From Lama glama (Eukaryota), in the NCBI GenBank assembly GCA_028534125.1, contig CM052818.1:25980001-26043780 (forward strand): DNA of 63,780 nucleotides. The letters are read 5' to 3'. The notes beneath the pieces are model-generated. The model saw only the letters and a program-made list of their open reading frames with translations, had not been told where the DNA came from and did not search any database. This document shows positions 63,541 to 63,780 of the stretch, piece by piece. How positions within the stretch are numbered: position 1 is the first letter of the stretch; each line of letters opens with the position of its first letter. The position numbers were made by a program, and so were the translations under genes.

Positions 63541-63583
63541 AAAAAACAGTCACATAGAGCGATTAAAAGTAGGTAAGAATACA

Positions 63584-63780
63584 ACAGCAATCAGGCAAGA
63601 GAAAGAAATAAAAGGGATCCAAATTGTAAAAGAAGAGGTAAAAGTGTCATTATATGCTGATGACATGTTACTATATATAGAAAACCCTAAAAGGTCCACA
63701 AAAAAGCTACTAGAGCTGATCGAAGAATTCAGCAAGGTAGCAGGTTACAAAATTAATGTTCAAAAATCAGTTGCCTTTCT
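63584..63780 (+). mobile_element. Young 5'-truncated LINE-1, ORF2 reverse transcriptase core (runs off window)
   Basis: Open frame [65 protein letters not shown], with catalytic YADD at 63653-63664. Confidence 0.95.

Noticed and set aside
1..63780. Inferring a host-gene strand from L1 orientation bias
   Set aside because: Most long L1 pieces are on the minus strand, but several are on the plus strand. Too few independent insertions to call.
1..63780. CRISPR array, prokaryotic operon or novel multi-gene system
   Set aside because: No regularly spaced repeat-spacer units and no gene-dense region. The DNA is repeat-rich mammalian non-coding sequence.

Overview
Eukaryotic (mammalian) non-coding genomic DNA, most likely from a camelid: it carries three tRNA-Ala(AGC)-derived SINEs resembling the Vic-1 family and camelid-type LINE-1 3' ends. 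I found no intact protein-coding gene, credible spliced exon chain, functional RNA gene or CRISPR array, so the window is either a large intron or intergenic DNA. Almost all ORFs in the supplied track are chance ORFs or transposon remnants. The window is a mosaic of old mammalian repeats (L1M, L2, MIR, MLT1, LTR40, MER45, MER58, Tigger) with several repeat-poor, enhancer-like blocks. Younger insertions cluster in the last ~14 kb: three SINEs, three ERV solo LTRs, two young L1s and an RPS11 processed pseudogene. The most notable structures are (i) a very short L1 insertion with a twin-priming 5' inversion and a ~185-bp 3' transduction with its own poly(A), nested in an LTR, and (ii) a full-length RPS11 retrocopy nested in an LTR that itself interrupts an old L1, with atypical junctions (no long TSD, a 28-nt extra segment). 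I did not find evidence for a genuinely new biological system. Repeat family names come from recalled consensus sequences, not a search, and boundaries of old repeats are approximate.
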